Source of the DNA: Lysobacterales bacterium
Lineage (GTDB): Bacteria > Pseudomonadota > Gammaproteobacteria > Xanthomonadales > Rhodanobacteraceae
DNA: 64,000 bases
NCBI GenBank assembly: GCA_038215995.1
Contig: JBBQQL010000001.1
Span: 15,514-79,513, forward strand
Direction: 5' to 3'
Shown piece by piece: positions 11,933 to 21,358 of this stretch; the stretch's first letter is position 1; each line of letters starts with the position of its first letter. The notes beneath the pieces were generated by a model. The model saw only the letters and a program-made list of their open reading frames with translations. It was not told the origin of the DNA and did no database searches. Both the position numbers and the translations under genes were made by a program.

Positions 11933-13066
11933 ATGCGATCATTTGGCAAATCCGCTCAGGGCGAACGCCTCGAGCGCCTCCGTTCTTCACCACTTTGGAA
12001 CGGCGAACGCCTGCGCAATGTCTACCCGGTGCTACCCGGACTGAAGGACCCCGCCGTGGCGATGCCGAGTCTGCGTGACTTCGTTTTCGGCGACGCCAAC
12101 CGCACGCCCGCCGCGCCTCTTGGCGCCGACGATCCCCGCCCGGCATGGCTGAAGCGACCGGACAGCGACCTGCGCGCCACCTGGCTCGGTCACTCCACCG
12201 TGCTGATCGAGATCGATGGCTGGCGCGTGCTGACCGACCCGGTCTGGGGCCAGCGTGCCTCACCGTTTGCACTGCTCGGACCCAAGCGCTTCCAGCCGGT
12301 GCCAGTGGCACTGCGCGACCTGCCCGAGGTTGATGCGGTGGTGATCTCGCACGACCACTACGACCACCTCGACTACCCGACCATACGCGCACTGGCAAAG
12401 TCCAAGGTGCCCTTCATCACCTCGCTCGGCGTCGGTGCCCACCTCGAAGCCTGGGGCATCGCGCCCAGCCGCATCACCGAACTGGAGTGGTGGCAAAGCC
12501 ATCGGGTGCCTGGTACCGGGCTGACCGTCACCGCCGCACCCTCGCAACATTTTTCAGGCCGCGGCCTGAAGGATCGCAACCTCACCCTGTGGTCATCGCT
12601 GGTCATCGAAGGCGAGCGCCACAAGGTGTTCTTCAGCGGCGATACCGGCCTCACTACCGAGTACGAAGCCATCCGCGACCGGCTCGGCCCGTTCGACCTG
12701 GTGATGCTGGAAGTCGGCGCGTTCCACCCCGCATGGGGCGATATCCACCTGGGTCCGGCGCATGCGCTCACCGCCCACCGACTGCTCGGCGGCGGCGTGT
12801 TGATGCCGGTGCACTGGGGCACGTTCGCGCTATCGACGCATGCCTGGGACGAGCCGGTGGAAACCCTGCTGTCGCTCGCCGATCCGAATGAAACGCAGCT
12901 GTTGCTGCCACGCCTCGGCCAGGCCGTCGAGCCAGCGCAGCAACGGCCGCTGATGCCGTGGTGGCGCAGCTCGACTGCATCGGGCGAGCAGCCCATTGCC
13001 TCCCAACCGACCGATGAACCCGCCAGCGAACCGCTCGTCGACCCATTGCCCTGGCCGCTGGATTGA
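11933..13066 (+). CDS. MBL-fold metallo-hydrolase (RomA/NAPE-PLD-like)
   Basis: TWLGHSTVLIE, VLTDPVW, SHDHYDHLD, FFSGDTG, PVHWGTF. Confidence 0.9.
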   Translation: MRSFGKSAQGERLERLRSSPLWNGERLRNVYPVLPGLKDPAVAMPSLRDFVFGDANRTPAAPLGADDPRPAWLKRPDSDLRATWLGHSTVLIEIDGWRVLTDPVWGQRASPFALLGPKRFQPVPVALRDLPEVDAVVISHDHYDHLDYPTIRALAKSKVPFITSLGVGAHLEAWGIAPSRITELEWWQSHRVPGTGLTVTAAPSQHFSGRGLKDRNLTLWSSLVIEGERHKVFFSGDTGLTTEYEAIRDRLGPFDLVMLEVGAFHPAWGDIHLGPAHALTAHRLLGGGVLMPVHWGTFALSTHAWDEPVETLLSLADPNETQLLLPRLGQAVEPAQQRPLMPWWRSSTASGEQPIASQPTDEPASEPLVDPLPWPLD

Positions 13067-13099
13067 GCATGACTCAGCTCAACAGCTGAGCGGCCACGG

Positions 13100-13984
13100 C
13101 TACGGCGCCTCGGCAAAGCTTTTCTGCAGAAACTCGACGAACAATCGGACCAGCAGCGACGACTGACGGTGCTGCGGATACACCGCATGCACCGAGCTGG
13201 CTGGTGGACGGAAAGCGTCGAGCACGGTCACCAGATCGCCTTTCGCCAGCGCTGGTGCCACGATGAACGTCGGCAACTGCGTGATGCCCAGGCCCTGGAT
13301 CGCGGCATCGCGCAACAATTCGCCATTGTTGGCGCGGTAGCGACCGCTCACCAGCAGGCTCTTTTGTGCGGCGCCTCCAAACGCCCATTCGACCCGCGGG
13401 CCATGGCCATAGAGCAGGCACGCATGCGTGGCCAGTTCAGCCAACGTGGTCGGTGCCGCGCGCGTCTGCAAGTAGTCCGGACTGCAACACAGCACGACCT
13501 GCATGGGCGCGATGCGTCGGGCGATCAACGACGAGTCGGCCAGCACGCCGATACGCACCGCCAGGTCAAAACCCTCGCCGAGCATATCGACCATGCGGTC
13601 GCTCAACTCCAGCTCGACCGTGACCTCCGGATACGCAGCCAGAAACTTCGGCAACAAGGGACTCAGATGCATGGTGCCGAACGACATCGGGGCACTGATG
13701 CGCAGGCGTCCGCGTGGTGCGCGGTTGGCGCCGGTGATCGTCTGCTCCAGATCGTCGACCTGTTGCACGATGGCACGGGCCTGCTCGTAGTAAGCAAGGC
13801 CAAGGTCGGTGGCGCGCAAGTGCCGGGTGGTGCGCACCAGCAGGCGTACACCGAGCTGCGCCTCCAGCACCATCAATCGCTTGCTGACGAATTGCTTGGA
13901 AAGCCCGAGCCGTTCCGCCGCCGCGGTGAAACTGCCCTGATCGAGCGTGGCGATGAAAAGACGCATGTCCTCGAGCTGGCTCAT
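13100..13984 (-). CDS. LysR-family transcriptional regulator
   Basis: GSFTAAAERLGLSKQFVSKRL..LEAQLGVRLLVRTTR HTH; EGFDLAVRIG; divergent from doxX. Confidence 0.94.
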   Translation of the reverse strand: MSQLEDMRLFIATLDQGSFTAAAERLGLSKQFVSKRLMVLEAQLGVRLLVRTTRHLRATDLGLAYYEQARAIVQQVDDLEQTITGANRAPRGRLRISAPMSFGTMHLSPLLPKFLAAYPEVTVELELSDRMVDMLGEGFDLAVRIGVLADSSLIARRIAPMQVVLCCSPDYLQTRAAPTTLAELATHACLLYGHGPRVEWAFGGAAQKSLLVSGRYRANNGELLRDAAIQGLGITQLPTFIVAPALAKGDLVTVLDAFRPPASSVHAVYPQHRQSSLLVRLFVEFLQKSFAEAP

Positions 13985-14105
13985 TGTCAATCACATGACG
14001 ACGATATTACGCAATTTAGCTTATTTATCTATATTCGAGTAGACATTAAAGTGCATCCCACGGTCGGCAACTCGTGCCGATCACACATTCCCAAGGAGGC
14101 ACCTC

Positions 14106-14522
14106 ATGAACACTTCTACCGTTTCCAGCTCTGCCCTGGTTGGCCGCGTTCTCCTGGCCAGCCTGTTTCTGATCAGCGGTTTCGGCAAGCTGCTCGCGCC
14201 GGCCGCCACCAAGGCCTACATTCTGTCCGCCGGCCTGCCCCTGCCCGATCTGTCCTATCTGATTGCCGTCGTGGTCGAGGTCGGTTTTGGACTGGCCCTG
14301 GTACTCGGATATCGCACCCGCGCGGTAGCAGCCATCATGGCCGTGTTCACGCTGGCCACCGCGTTCGCATTCCACGCTCACTTTGGCGATCAGAACCAGA
14401 TGATCCACTTCCTGAAGAACATCGCGATCACCGGTGGCCTGCTGCAAGTGGTCGCGCTCGGAGCAGGCAGCTACAGCCTGGACGCGCTGCGGCGCCGGAC
14501 CCCGCGGGTGGCGCTGGCTTGA
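14106..14522 (+). CDS. DoxX-family membrane protein
   Basis: GRVLLASLFLISGFGKL, HFLKNIAITGGLL, GAGSYSLD. Confidence 0.9.
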   Translation: MNTSTVSSSALVGRVLLASLFLISGFGKLLAPAATKAYILSAGLPLPDLSYLIAVVVEVGFGLALVLGYRTRAVAAIMAVFTLATAFAFHAHFGDQNQMIHFLKNIAITGGLLQVVALGAGSYSLDALRRRTPRVALA

Positions 14523-14537
14523 AGCCACCGTTCCGCT

Positions 14538-14571
14538 AAAAAAGGCCGGGCGCATGCGCCCGGCCTTTTTT
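14538..14571. terminator. Bidirectional intrinsic terminator
   Basis: Perfect palindrome AAAAAAGGCCGGGCGCATGCGCCCGGCCTTTTTT between convergent genes. Confidence 0.88.
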
Positions 14572-14576
14572 GCGGT

Positions 14577-14723
14577 TTAGCCCTCCTGTGCTGATGACTG
14601 CACGCCGGCAGCGACAACATCGGGCACGCTGACCCGCGTGGTCAGCATGGCGCCCATCACCAGCACGCAAACCAGCAGGCAGGCGCTGAACAAGGTCTTC
14701 AACATCAGGGTCTCGAATTTCAT
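14577..14723 (-). CDS. Small single-TM hypothetical protein (48 aa)
   Basis: MKFETLMLKTLFSACLLVCVLVMGAMLT...; GGAG-type RBS upstream; ends at the terminator. Confidence 0.55.
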   Translation of the reverse strand: MKFETLMLKTLFSACLLVCVLVMGAMLTTRVSVPDVVAAGVQSSAQEG

Positions 14724-14982
14724 GATCGTTCTCCGTGGGGGACATGACACTTTCGAGGGTGATGTTGCAACCGCCATGCCAGCCGCCGAACGCCCCGCAG
14801 CCCGCATGGCTGTGGAGTTTTTTGGCATCAAGGAAACCACCCGTGTTGTCCGCGGACAGCCGCGCCCTCCTCCGGACAACGCCTTCGGACACCGTTCGAG
14901 GTTGCCTGCTTGGGGTCGGGAGATCATCGAGGCCACGGAAATTCGCCGTGGCAGAAAGCGGTAACCGTCAGTCTGTCCCGGC

Positions 14983-16107
14983 TCAGTACTTCACCAGCGT
15001 CAGTACCACTTCGACCACGATCAGCAGCACGATGGCGATCTCCAGCAGTTCGGCGCGACGACTTGACGCCTCTTCATAAAGCGCGGCATAGGTGTCCCTG
15101 ATGATGGCCAGCTTGCGGTCCACCGAGGCACTCAGGGCAGAAACGCGGAACAGCTCCAGGGTGGTGCTGTAGACACGCGCCAGATACACGTCCTCGGTGA
15201 CCTGCAAGGCGTTGTCCACTTTTTCGGTCAACTCGGTGGTCTCCGCGACCAACGTGTACAGGCCGCGTGCGAGGTGGGCAAAGCGACGCGACGCGAGCAG
15301 CGAAATCGCACCCCGCGCCTGCTCGACCCGCTTGTACATCCGCGGCAATTCGTCATCCAGCAAGGTGTCGTAATAACGGAACTCGACCAGCTGCGCATTG
15401 GCCACTTCGATCACGTCGGCCACATCGGAATCGCCACGCGGCTCATAGATGAAGGCGCGATCCCAGGTCAGCACCACCAGGTCGTCAGCGTAGTAGGAGT
15501 AGCTGCGTGCCAGCAGATCGCGCCGCGCCCCTTCGGACAACGCGCGCGTCTCACCCGACAACAGCCCGGCGAGGTCCACCCGCTCGCGCAGCTCGGTCGC
15601 ATCGATCGGCTCGTCCAGTGCGGACACGATACCGAGCAGGTAATCCTCCTGCAGCGAGGCGTCCGGTGCAGGACGATCCAGCGCGGGGGCGACCACGCGG
15701 CGCACCTCGTCGCGCAAGGCGATCCAGAACTCGTCCGGGGCCGTCGGCCCTACGGCACGATCAAGCGCGTTGAACTGCGCCACAAACGCCGGCCAGGATG
15801 CATCGGCCACGCCCACCCGCATAGCCAGCGCGGCAACCCCGAAGTCATACAGTCGCACGCTTGCCTGTGCCATCACGCTCTTGCCATCGAGCATCAGCTC
15901 GATCGGATCCATCAACATCAGCAGCGGCGCCACACCGAATGCGAGCGCCTTGGGTGAGGTATTGACCAGTCGCGTGCGGCTGCTGGCACCACCTGCGCGG
16001 GCAAGCCACGCCAGTTCGGCGGCGGCGAGGTCGATCGCGTAGGCGATATCGAACAGCCTCAGGGCGACCAGTTCACCCGACTTGATGGTGATATCAGATC
16101 CCTTCAT
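14983..16107 (-). CDS. Hypothetical protein, RMD1/DUF155-like with C-terminal TM helix
   Basis: RLFDIAYAIDL, YYDTLLDDELP, DVYLARVY, ends RRAELLEIAIVLLIVVEVVLTL; start uncertain. Confidence 0.6.
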   Translation of the reverse strand: MKGSDITIKSGELVALRLFDIAYAIDLAAAELAWLARAGGASSRTRLVNTSPKALAFGVAPLLMLMDPIELMLDGKSVMAQASVRLYDFGVAALAMRVGVADASWPAFVAQFNALDRAVGPTAPDEFWIALRDEVRRVVAPALDRPAPDASLQEDYLLGIVSALDEPIDATELRERVDLAGLLSGETRALSEGARRDLLARSYSYYADDLVVLTWDRAFIYEPRGDSDVADVIEVANAQLVEFRYYDTLLDDELPRMYKRVEQARGAISLLASRRFAHLARGLYTLVAETTELTEKVDNALQVTEDVYLARVYSTTLELFRVSALSASVDRKLAIIRDTYAALYEEASSRRAELLEIAIVLLIVVEVVLTLVKY

Positions 16108-16252
16108 CTTGCCGTGCTCCGCGATGCCCCTGACCCGGTCCAGTGTAGCGGCCTGGTTGCGCACAGACGACGCCATCACCATGCAGGGCCACTTTGACCG
16201 ACAGCGCCACGGTCACCATGATGGAACCGGCACCAGCAGCTGGGGAGGAAGG

Positions 16253-17430
16253 ATGGAAGGCATCCTGATCGGGACGTTGCTTGGCGGGCTGGGCCTGTTC
16301 CTGCTGGGCATGCTGTTGATGACCAATGGCCTGAAGCAGGCCACGGGCCCCTTGCTGGGTCGCGTGCTCGGCTCATCCACGCAGACCCGCTGGCGTGGCC
16401 TGTTGTCCGGCATGCTGATCACCACCGTCGTTCAGTCCTCCGGCGCCGTGACCGTCGCGGCCATCGGCTTCGTCAATGCCGGGCTGCTGAATCTGCAGCA
16501 ATCGCTATGGGTGCTGTTTGGTGCCAACATCGGCACCACCGTGACCGCCCTGCTGGCGGCGATAGGCGCCACTCCCAACGCACGCCGCGCGGCCAGCGCG
16601 CACGTGGCGTTCAATGTGCTGGCCGCCTCGGTCGCCCTGGTGTTGCTGCCATTTCTGGTCCATGCGGTCGACGCCCTGCGCAGCCTGCTTGGCCTTGATG
16701 CATCACCCGCCATCAGCCTGGCCATGTTCCACACCGTGTTCAATCTGCTCGGGGTCGCGTTGATGTGGCCACTGGCTGATCGCCTGAGCACCTTTCTGAA
16801 ATGGCGCTTTCGTTCCGGCGATGAGGACGTCGCGCAGGCGCACTATCTCGATCGCAACGTCGCTTCGGCACCCTCACTGGCTGCCGACCGCGTTGCGCCG
16901 GGAGCTGGCGCGTCTGGGCGATCTGGCCATGTCCAGCGCATGGGCGCGCCTCGGCCAATGGCTGGGCGACGAGCGCAGGGAGCAACATGCGGAGGCCTGC
17001 CTGGCCCTTAGTCAGGTGATCCATGAATTCGTCACCCGGGTCAACCGCGGCTCGATGTCCGAGCGCAGCGCACAGGCGATCGCCACCTTGCTGCGTGTGC
17101 AGCGCTATTACGACACCTGCCACGAACGGTGCGCCAAACTGCTCACCCCCATCGCACTGGCCGCGAATTCACAGGAGGCTGCGACCCGATCTCTAGCTGC
17201 AACTCGGTGAGCAACTGCTGATCCAGCTCAATCCGGCCCGTGCCGGCTTCGCACTCTTGCAGGCCGAGCAGACAGATCGCTTCGAGGCTGACTACAAGCG
17301 ACTGAAAGCCAGCCTGCTCAGCGGCGGTGCTGCCGGTCAGATCGATGTCATTCGCATGGATGCACTGCTGCACAGCCTCAGCGCATTGCGACGGATCATT
17401 TCGCCTGCTCGCCGGACTCAAGACCGACTG
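16253..17430 (+). pseudogene. Na/Pi cotransporter-family pseudogene (internal deletion, frameshift, stop)
   Basis: GGLGLFLLGM..MTNGLK, QSSGAVTVAAIGFVNAG, one GANIGTT joined directly to ALLAAIGATPNARRAASAHVAFN; coding shifts frame near 16880 (ALRRELARLG), stops at 17208-17210, then resumes (FEADYKRLKASLL). Confidence 0.8.
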
Positions 17431-17721
17431 AAACCCATCAGGATTGATGGCGAAGCGAGCGGCAAGGGCCTGACCAGGAGACGTGGCTCACCCCATGTCC
17501 GCGTCGCGGGGATGCCACTCACGCGTCGGATGGCGTACCGCCTGCCCCAGTGTCCCAACCCCGAACGGTCATGCATCGGCAGCTCGGCGAGCTGCCGTTC
17601 AGAGCAATGATTCAAGTCATGCGCTTTAACGCATCGTCGCGAACAATACGGCGATGCCTGCGTGCCGCGAGAAACCGTAGCGGCGCGGCTTGCTGTCCAT
17701 GCCGTTAAACCACGCAGTGAC

Positions 17722-18765
17722 CTAGGGCTTGGGGCGAGGAGTGGCGGCAACGCTGGGGGGAAGAATCGGCAACGTCACCTTCGGTTGATCGCCGGTCAGC
17801 GAGCCAAGAAATAATTCGATCTTGCCGACGTCATCGTCGGTGAGCTTTGCACCAAGCTGGCTGCTGCCCATGATCGCAATGGCCTGGCGAAGATCCCAAA
17901 CCTTGCCCGTATGAAAATAGGGCGCGGTCAGCGCAATATTGCGCAGCGAAGGTACCCGGAATACGTATTCATCGCTAACCGTTTTGGTGACCGCGAAGCG
18001 CCCTTTGTCGCCAGGCGGAAGGATGTCGGCGCCGGGACGCTCCACCACCCCGAACGGTGCATACATGCCACCGCCCACATTGATGCCGTTGTGACATGCC
18101 GCGCAGCCCTTGCCGACGAACAGGGCCAGGCCCTCCTTCTGGTTCGCATCAAGCGCCTTCTCGTTGCCCTTGAGATAACGATCGAACGGCGCATTCGGCG
18201 TAATCAAGGTCGCCTCGAACAGGGCAATCGCCTTGCGCACGTTGTCGAAGGTGATCGGATCGGTTGCACCGGGGAAGGCTTTGCCGAACACAGCCGCGTA
18301 ACCGGGGATGCCCTTGAGCTGCTCAACGACGTGCACCTCGGTGGTATCCATCTCGACCGGGTTGACCAACGGACCGCCAGCCTGCTGTTCAAGATCCTTC
18401 GCGCGACCATCCCAGAACTGGGCAACATCGAAGACCGCGTTGTAGACCGTCGGCGCATTGCGCCCGCCGTGCTGCCAGCGATGCCCCAGCGAGGTTTCCT
18501 GCAGGTCGACACCGCCCATGCCAACCATATGGCAGGAATTGCAACTGATGGAATGGCTTTCGGAGAGCCTTGGCTCAAAGTAGAGCATCTTGCCGAGATC
18601 CACCTTCGCCGGGGTCGTCGTATTGCCCGGGAGCGGTGGCGCGCTGGCGGGTATCGGCTTGAACAGAGCCTGTGCCTGTTTCATCAGTGGCGTCTGTGAC
18701 CACACGACCCCTGTTGCCAGGCATCCACCAAGAACTATCAGAGTTGCTGCCGTTTTCGAGCGCAT
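17722..18765 (-). CDS. Di-heme cytochrome c peroxidase
   Basis: Signal peptide; CNSCH and CAACH heme motifs; LGKMLYFEPRLS, QFWDGRAKDL, FRVPSLRNIALTAPYFHTG. Confidence 0.93.
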   Translation of the reverse strand: MRSKTAATLIVLGGCLATGVVWSQTPLMKQAQALFKPIPASAPPLPGNTTTPAKVDLGKMLYFEPRLSESHSISCNSCHMVGMGGVDLQETSLGHRWQHGGRNAPTVYNAVFDVAQFWDGRAKDLEQQAGGPLVNPVEMDTTEVHVVEQLKGIPGYAAVFGKAFPGATDPITFDNVRKAIALFEATLITPNAPFDRYLKGNEKALDANQKEGLALFVGKGCAACHNGINVGGGMYAPFGVVERPGADILPPGDKGRFAVTKTVSDEYVFRVPSLRNIALTAPYFHTGKVWDLRQAIAIMGSSQLGAKLTDDDVGKIELFLGSLTGDQPKVTLPILPPSVAATPRPKP

Positions 18766-19012
18766 GGAATGATCTCCCGCTTCCTGGTCGTTCAGTTTGG
18801 CTGTCCAATGCCGACATGGATTGCGCCGGCGGAGTGCTTGCAGATCAAGCGCCCTACTCAGCGCATGGTGTCCTGATCCCCGTCAGCCGCGGCACGTGCC
18901 TTGTCACTTGCATGAGACATCCGGAAAAATCAGTGTCGCGTGAATGCCTGGCGCCAGGCAGTGAGCTGTCAGGGTGCCGTCACACATGCAGCACCGTCCT
19001 GCCATCAGCTCA

Positions 19013-19546
19013 TCAGTTGCCGCTGTTTTCCGCAGGTTGCCGGATCTCCTGTTTGGTGGCTGGCTTCTGCTTGATCAGCTGATCCTTGCCCTGATTCTGC
19101 TGTTGCTGCTGGGTCTGCTGCAGAGTGTTCTGATGCATGCCGCCAGGACCCATGCCGCCTGGTCCCATCATTCCGCCACCCGGACCCATGCCGCCGCCCT
19201 GACGTGGAGGCATATCCGGCAGGCTCATGCCCCGTTCACCGGCGCGCTTCTGCATCTGTTCGTGGTGCTGCTTTCTGAACGCCTCGCGTTCCTGCGTGGT
19301 TTTCATGCTACGCATTTGCTTGCGGTAGGCGCTGCGTTCGGCGGGTGTCATCAGCTGCGAGCCGTAGACCGTATCGCGCGTCTTCAACTGACTCTGCGAC
19401 GGGTTGACGGCAGTCGACGGCTGGCTGGTCGATACAGCGTTGCCTCCGCGCTGAGCGTTTCCGCCCCCACTTTGATAAGCCCACGCCGGCATGGCGCTGA
19501 CAAGGGAGACAGAGATAGCCAGCGTGAGAATGTCATTGATTCGCAT
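19013..19546 (-). CDS. Secreted hypothetical protein with helical core and G/M/Q-rich tail
   Basis: Signal peptide ending PAWA; VYGSQLMTPAERSAYRKQMR..HHEQMQKRA; GGMGPGG repeats; Q-rich end. Confidence 0.75.
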   Translation of the reverse strand: MRINDILTLAISVSLVSAMPAWAYQSGGGNAQRGGNAVSTSQPSTAVNPSQSQLKTRDTVYGSQLMTPAERSAYRKQMRSMKTTQEREAFRKQHHEQMQKRAGERGMSLPDMPPRQGGGMGPGGGMMGPGGMGPGGMHQNTLQQTQQQQQNQGKDQLIKQKPATKQEIRQPAENSGN

Positions 19547-19624
19547 CGAAAAACCTCGCTCAAATGGAGACACCACCGGCGCTTCCTACCGGTTGAATGC
19601 TCTACCCGCGATCGCAGGTACGTA

Positions 19625-19638
19625 TTGACTGAGGTCAA
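19625..19638. promoter_or_regulatory. FNR/Anr-type box
   Basis: TTGAC-TGAG-GTCAA, 79 bp upstream of ATG 19546. Confidence 0.65.
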
Positions 19639-19790
19639 CTGCGTCGTTCAAAACACAAAAATCCACGATCGAGATTGAACATCCTGGTGCATGTCGCCGT
19701 GTGCGCCAGGGGAGCGTTGGCGCCAGCGGCTGGTGAATTCAGCGCCCTATGACATCCTCGCTCGATGGAGTGCCCCCTCTCGCTGGGCCC

Positions 19791-21038
19791 TCACCCGCGT
19801 ACCCGAGTCGCCGCTTGTCGTTCAATCGCGCGATAGAACAGCAGGCCCAAGATGGCCAGCGCAGCGAATGCGGCGCCGGCGATGAAGGTCGCCGAAGGGC
19901 CAAACAGGCGCCACAGGGCGCCGGCGATCGTACTCGCCAGCAAGAGCGAGACACCGGCGGTCAGATTGAATATCCCAAAAGCCGTACCGCGGAGATGGGC
20001 CGGCGCGGCATCGGCTACCAGCTTCGAAAGCAGGCCCTGGGTGATTGCCATATGCAGTCCCCAGAAGGCCGCACCGACGAATACCTGAATTGGCTTGGCG
20101 GATGTCGCCAGCAACCCATCGGCGAGGATGAGAACGCCGAGACCAAGGATCAGTAGTGCCCGGGCAGAAAACCGATCGGCAGCAACGCCTGCTGGATAGG
20201 CAAATGCCGCATACACCACGCTCATCGCAACCATGACCAGTGGAATGTAACCCACCGCGAGCCCCACATCCTGCGCGCGAAGAACCAGAAAGGCCTCGCT
20301 GAAGCGGGCCAGCGTAAAGCCCGCCCCCAACGCAACGACGAGCCAGTAGTCAAAACTCAGGCGTTTGATATCGGTGAGCTTCAGTCGTGCGCGACTATCG
20401 ACGGGCGATGGTGCGTGAGCAGGCTCACGAATGGCGACCACCAGCAGCAACACGGCAATAAAGGCCGGTGCCACCGCAATCCACAGGACGGCCTTGATGT
20501 TGTTGGCCAGCGATGCCATGAAGATCACCGCCAACAGCGGGCCGATGAAGGCACCCACCGAATCAAGCGCCTGACGCAGACCATAGGCCGTACCGCGCTG
20601 TGACGGCGGCACGATATCCGCGATCAACGCATCGCGGGGCGCGTCGCGAACACCCTTGCCGATACGGTCGACGAAACGCGCCGAAAAAACCCAGCCCATG
20701 CTGGACGCCAGCGGGAACACCGCCTTGGTCAGGGCACTGAGCCCGTAGCCAAGAACAATCAGCCATTTGCGTTTTCTGAAGTAGTCGCTGATCACGCCGG
20801 AAAACACCTTGCTCACCGATGCCATGGCATCAGCGATACCCTCGATAACCCCGACCGTGAGCACCGATGCCCCCAGCACGGTAGTCATGAAGATCGGCAG
20901 CAGGCTGTGGACCAGCTCCGACGATATGTCCATGAACATCGAGGCGAACCCGAGCACCCAGATTCCCCAGGGCAAGCTGCGATAAGTCGGCCTGGGTGGC
21001 GCGGGCACCTCGGCGTCCTTTGATGACAATGGGCTCAT
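19791..21038 (-). CDS. MFS transporter
   Basis: About 12 hydrophobic segments; ARFVDRIGKGVRDAPRDALIAD; GVAADRFSAR. Confidence 0.92.
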   Translation of the reverse strand: MSPLSSKDAEVPAPPRPTYRSLPWGIWVLGFASMFMDISSELVHSLLPIFMTTVLGASVLTVGVIEGIADAMASVSKVFSGVISDYFRKRKWLIVLGYGLSALTKAVFPLASSMGWVFSARFVDRIGKGVRDAPRDALIADIVPPSQRGTAYGLRQALDSVGAFIGPLLAVIFMASLANNIKAVLWIAVAPAFIAVLLLVVAIREPAHAPSPVDSRARLKLTDIKRLSFDYWLVVALGAGFTLARFSEAFLVLRAQDVGLAVGYIPLVMVAMSVVYAAFAYPAGVAADRFSARALLILGLGVLILADGLLATSAKPIQVFVGAAFWGLHMAITQGLLSKLVADAAPAHLRGTAFGIFNLTAGVSLLLASTIAGALWRLFGPSATFIAGAAFAALAILGLLFYRAIERQAATRVRG

Positions 21039-21191
21039 TCGCGTTGATCGCTCCTGGCATCGAAGGATTGGCTGGGTTACAGCAAGCGTGAATGTCCTTG
21101 CCCGGGAAACCGGATCCTGGCCCAGCCACCCACCCGCATCACGAGGATGTCATCGCCAGAACAACCATGCCGCGCGTCGAATGAAGCCATC

Positions 21192-21205
21192 TTGATGTCG
21201 GTCAA
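21192..21205. promoter_or_regulatory. FNR/Anr-type box in divergent intergenic region
   Basis: TTGAT-GTCG-GTCAA between the MFS gene and the MacA-like operon. Confidence 0.65.
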
Positions 21206-21358
21206 TAACGGCGGCTCAGCGATTGCTATGGTGATCGCTCCCATGTCCGGTGCCCGGTGCTGGCAGGAGCGTTTCGTGCGAACTCAAGTTATTCACGTCG
21301 ACAGCAACTCGAGCAGCTCACCCTCGTGGTAGCTGCCCGGGTTGCGGAAATATCGCCG

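Noticed and set aside
19129-19200. Tandem repeats as a CRISPR or VNTR locus
   Set aside because: They encode the GGMGPGG peptide repeats; there is no spacer structure, and no CRISPR array or cas gene was seen in the window
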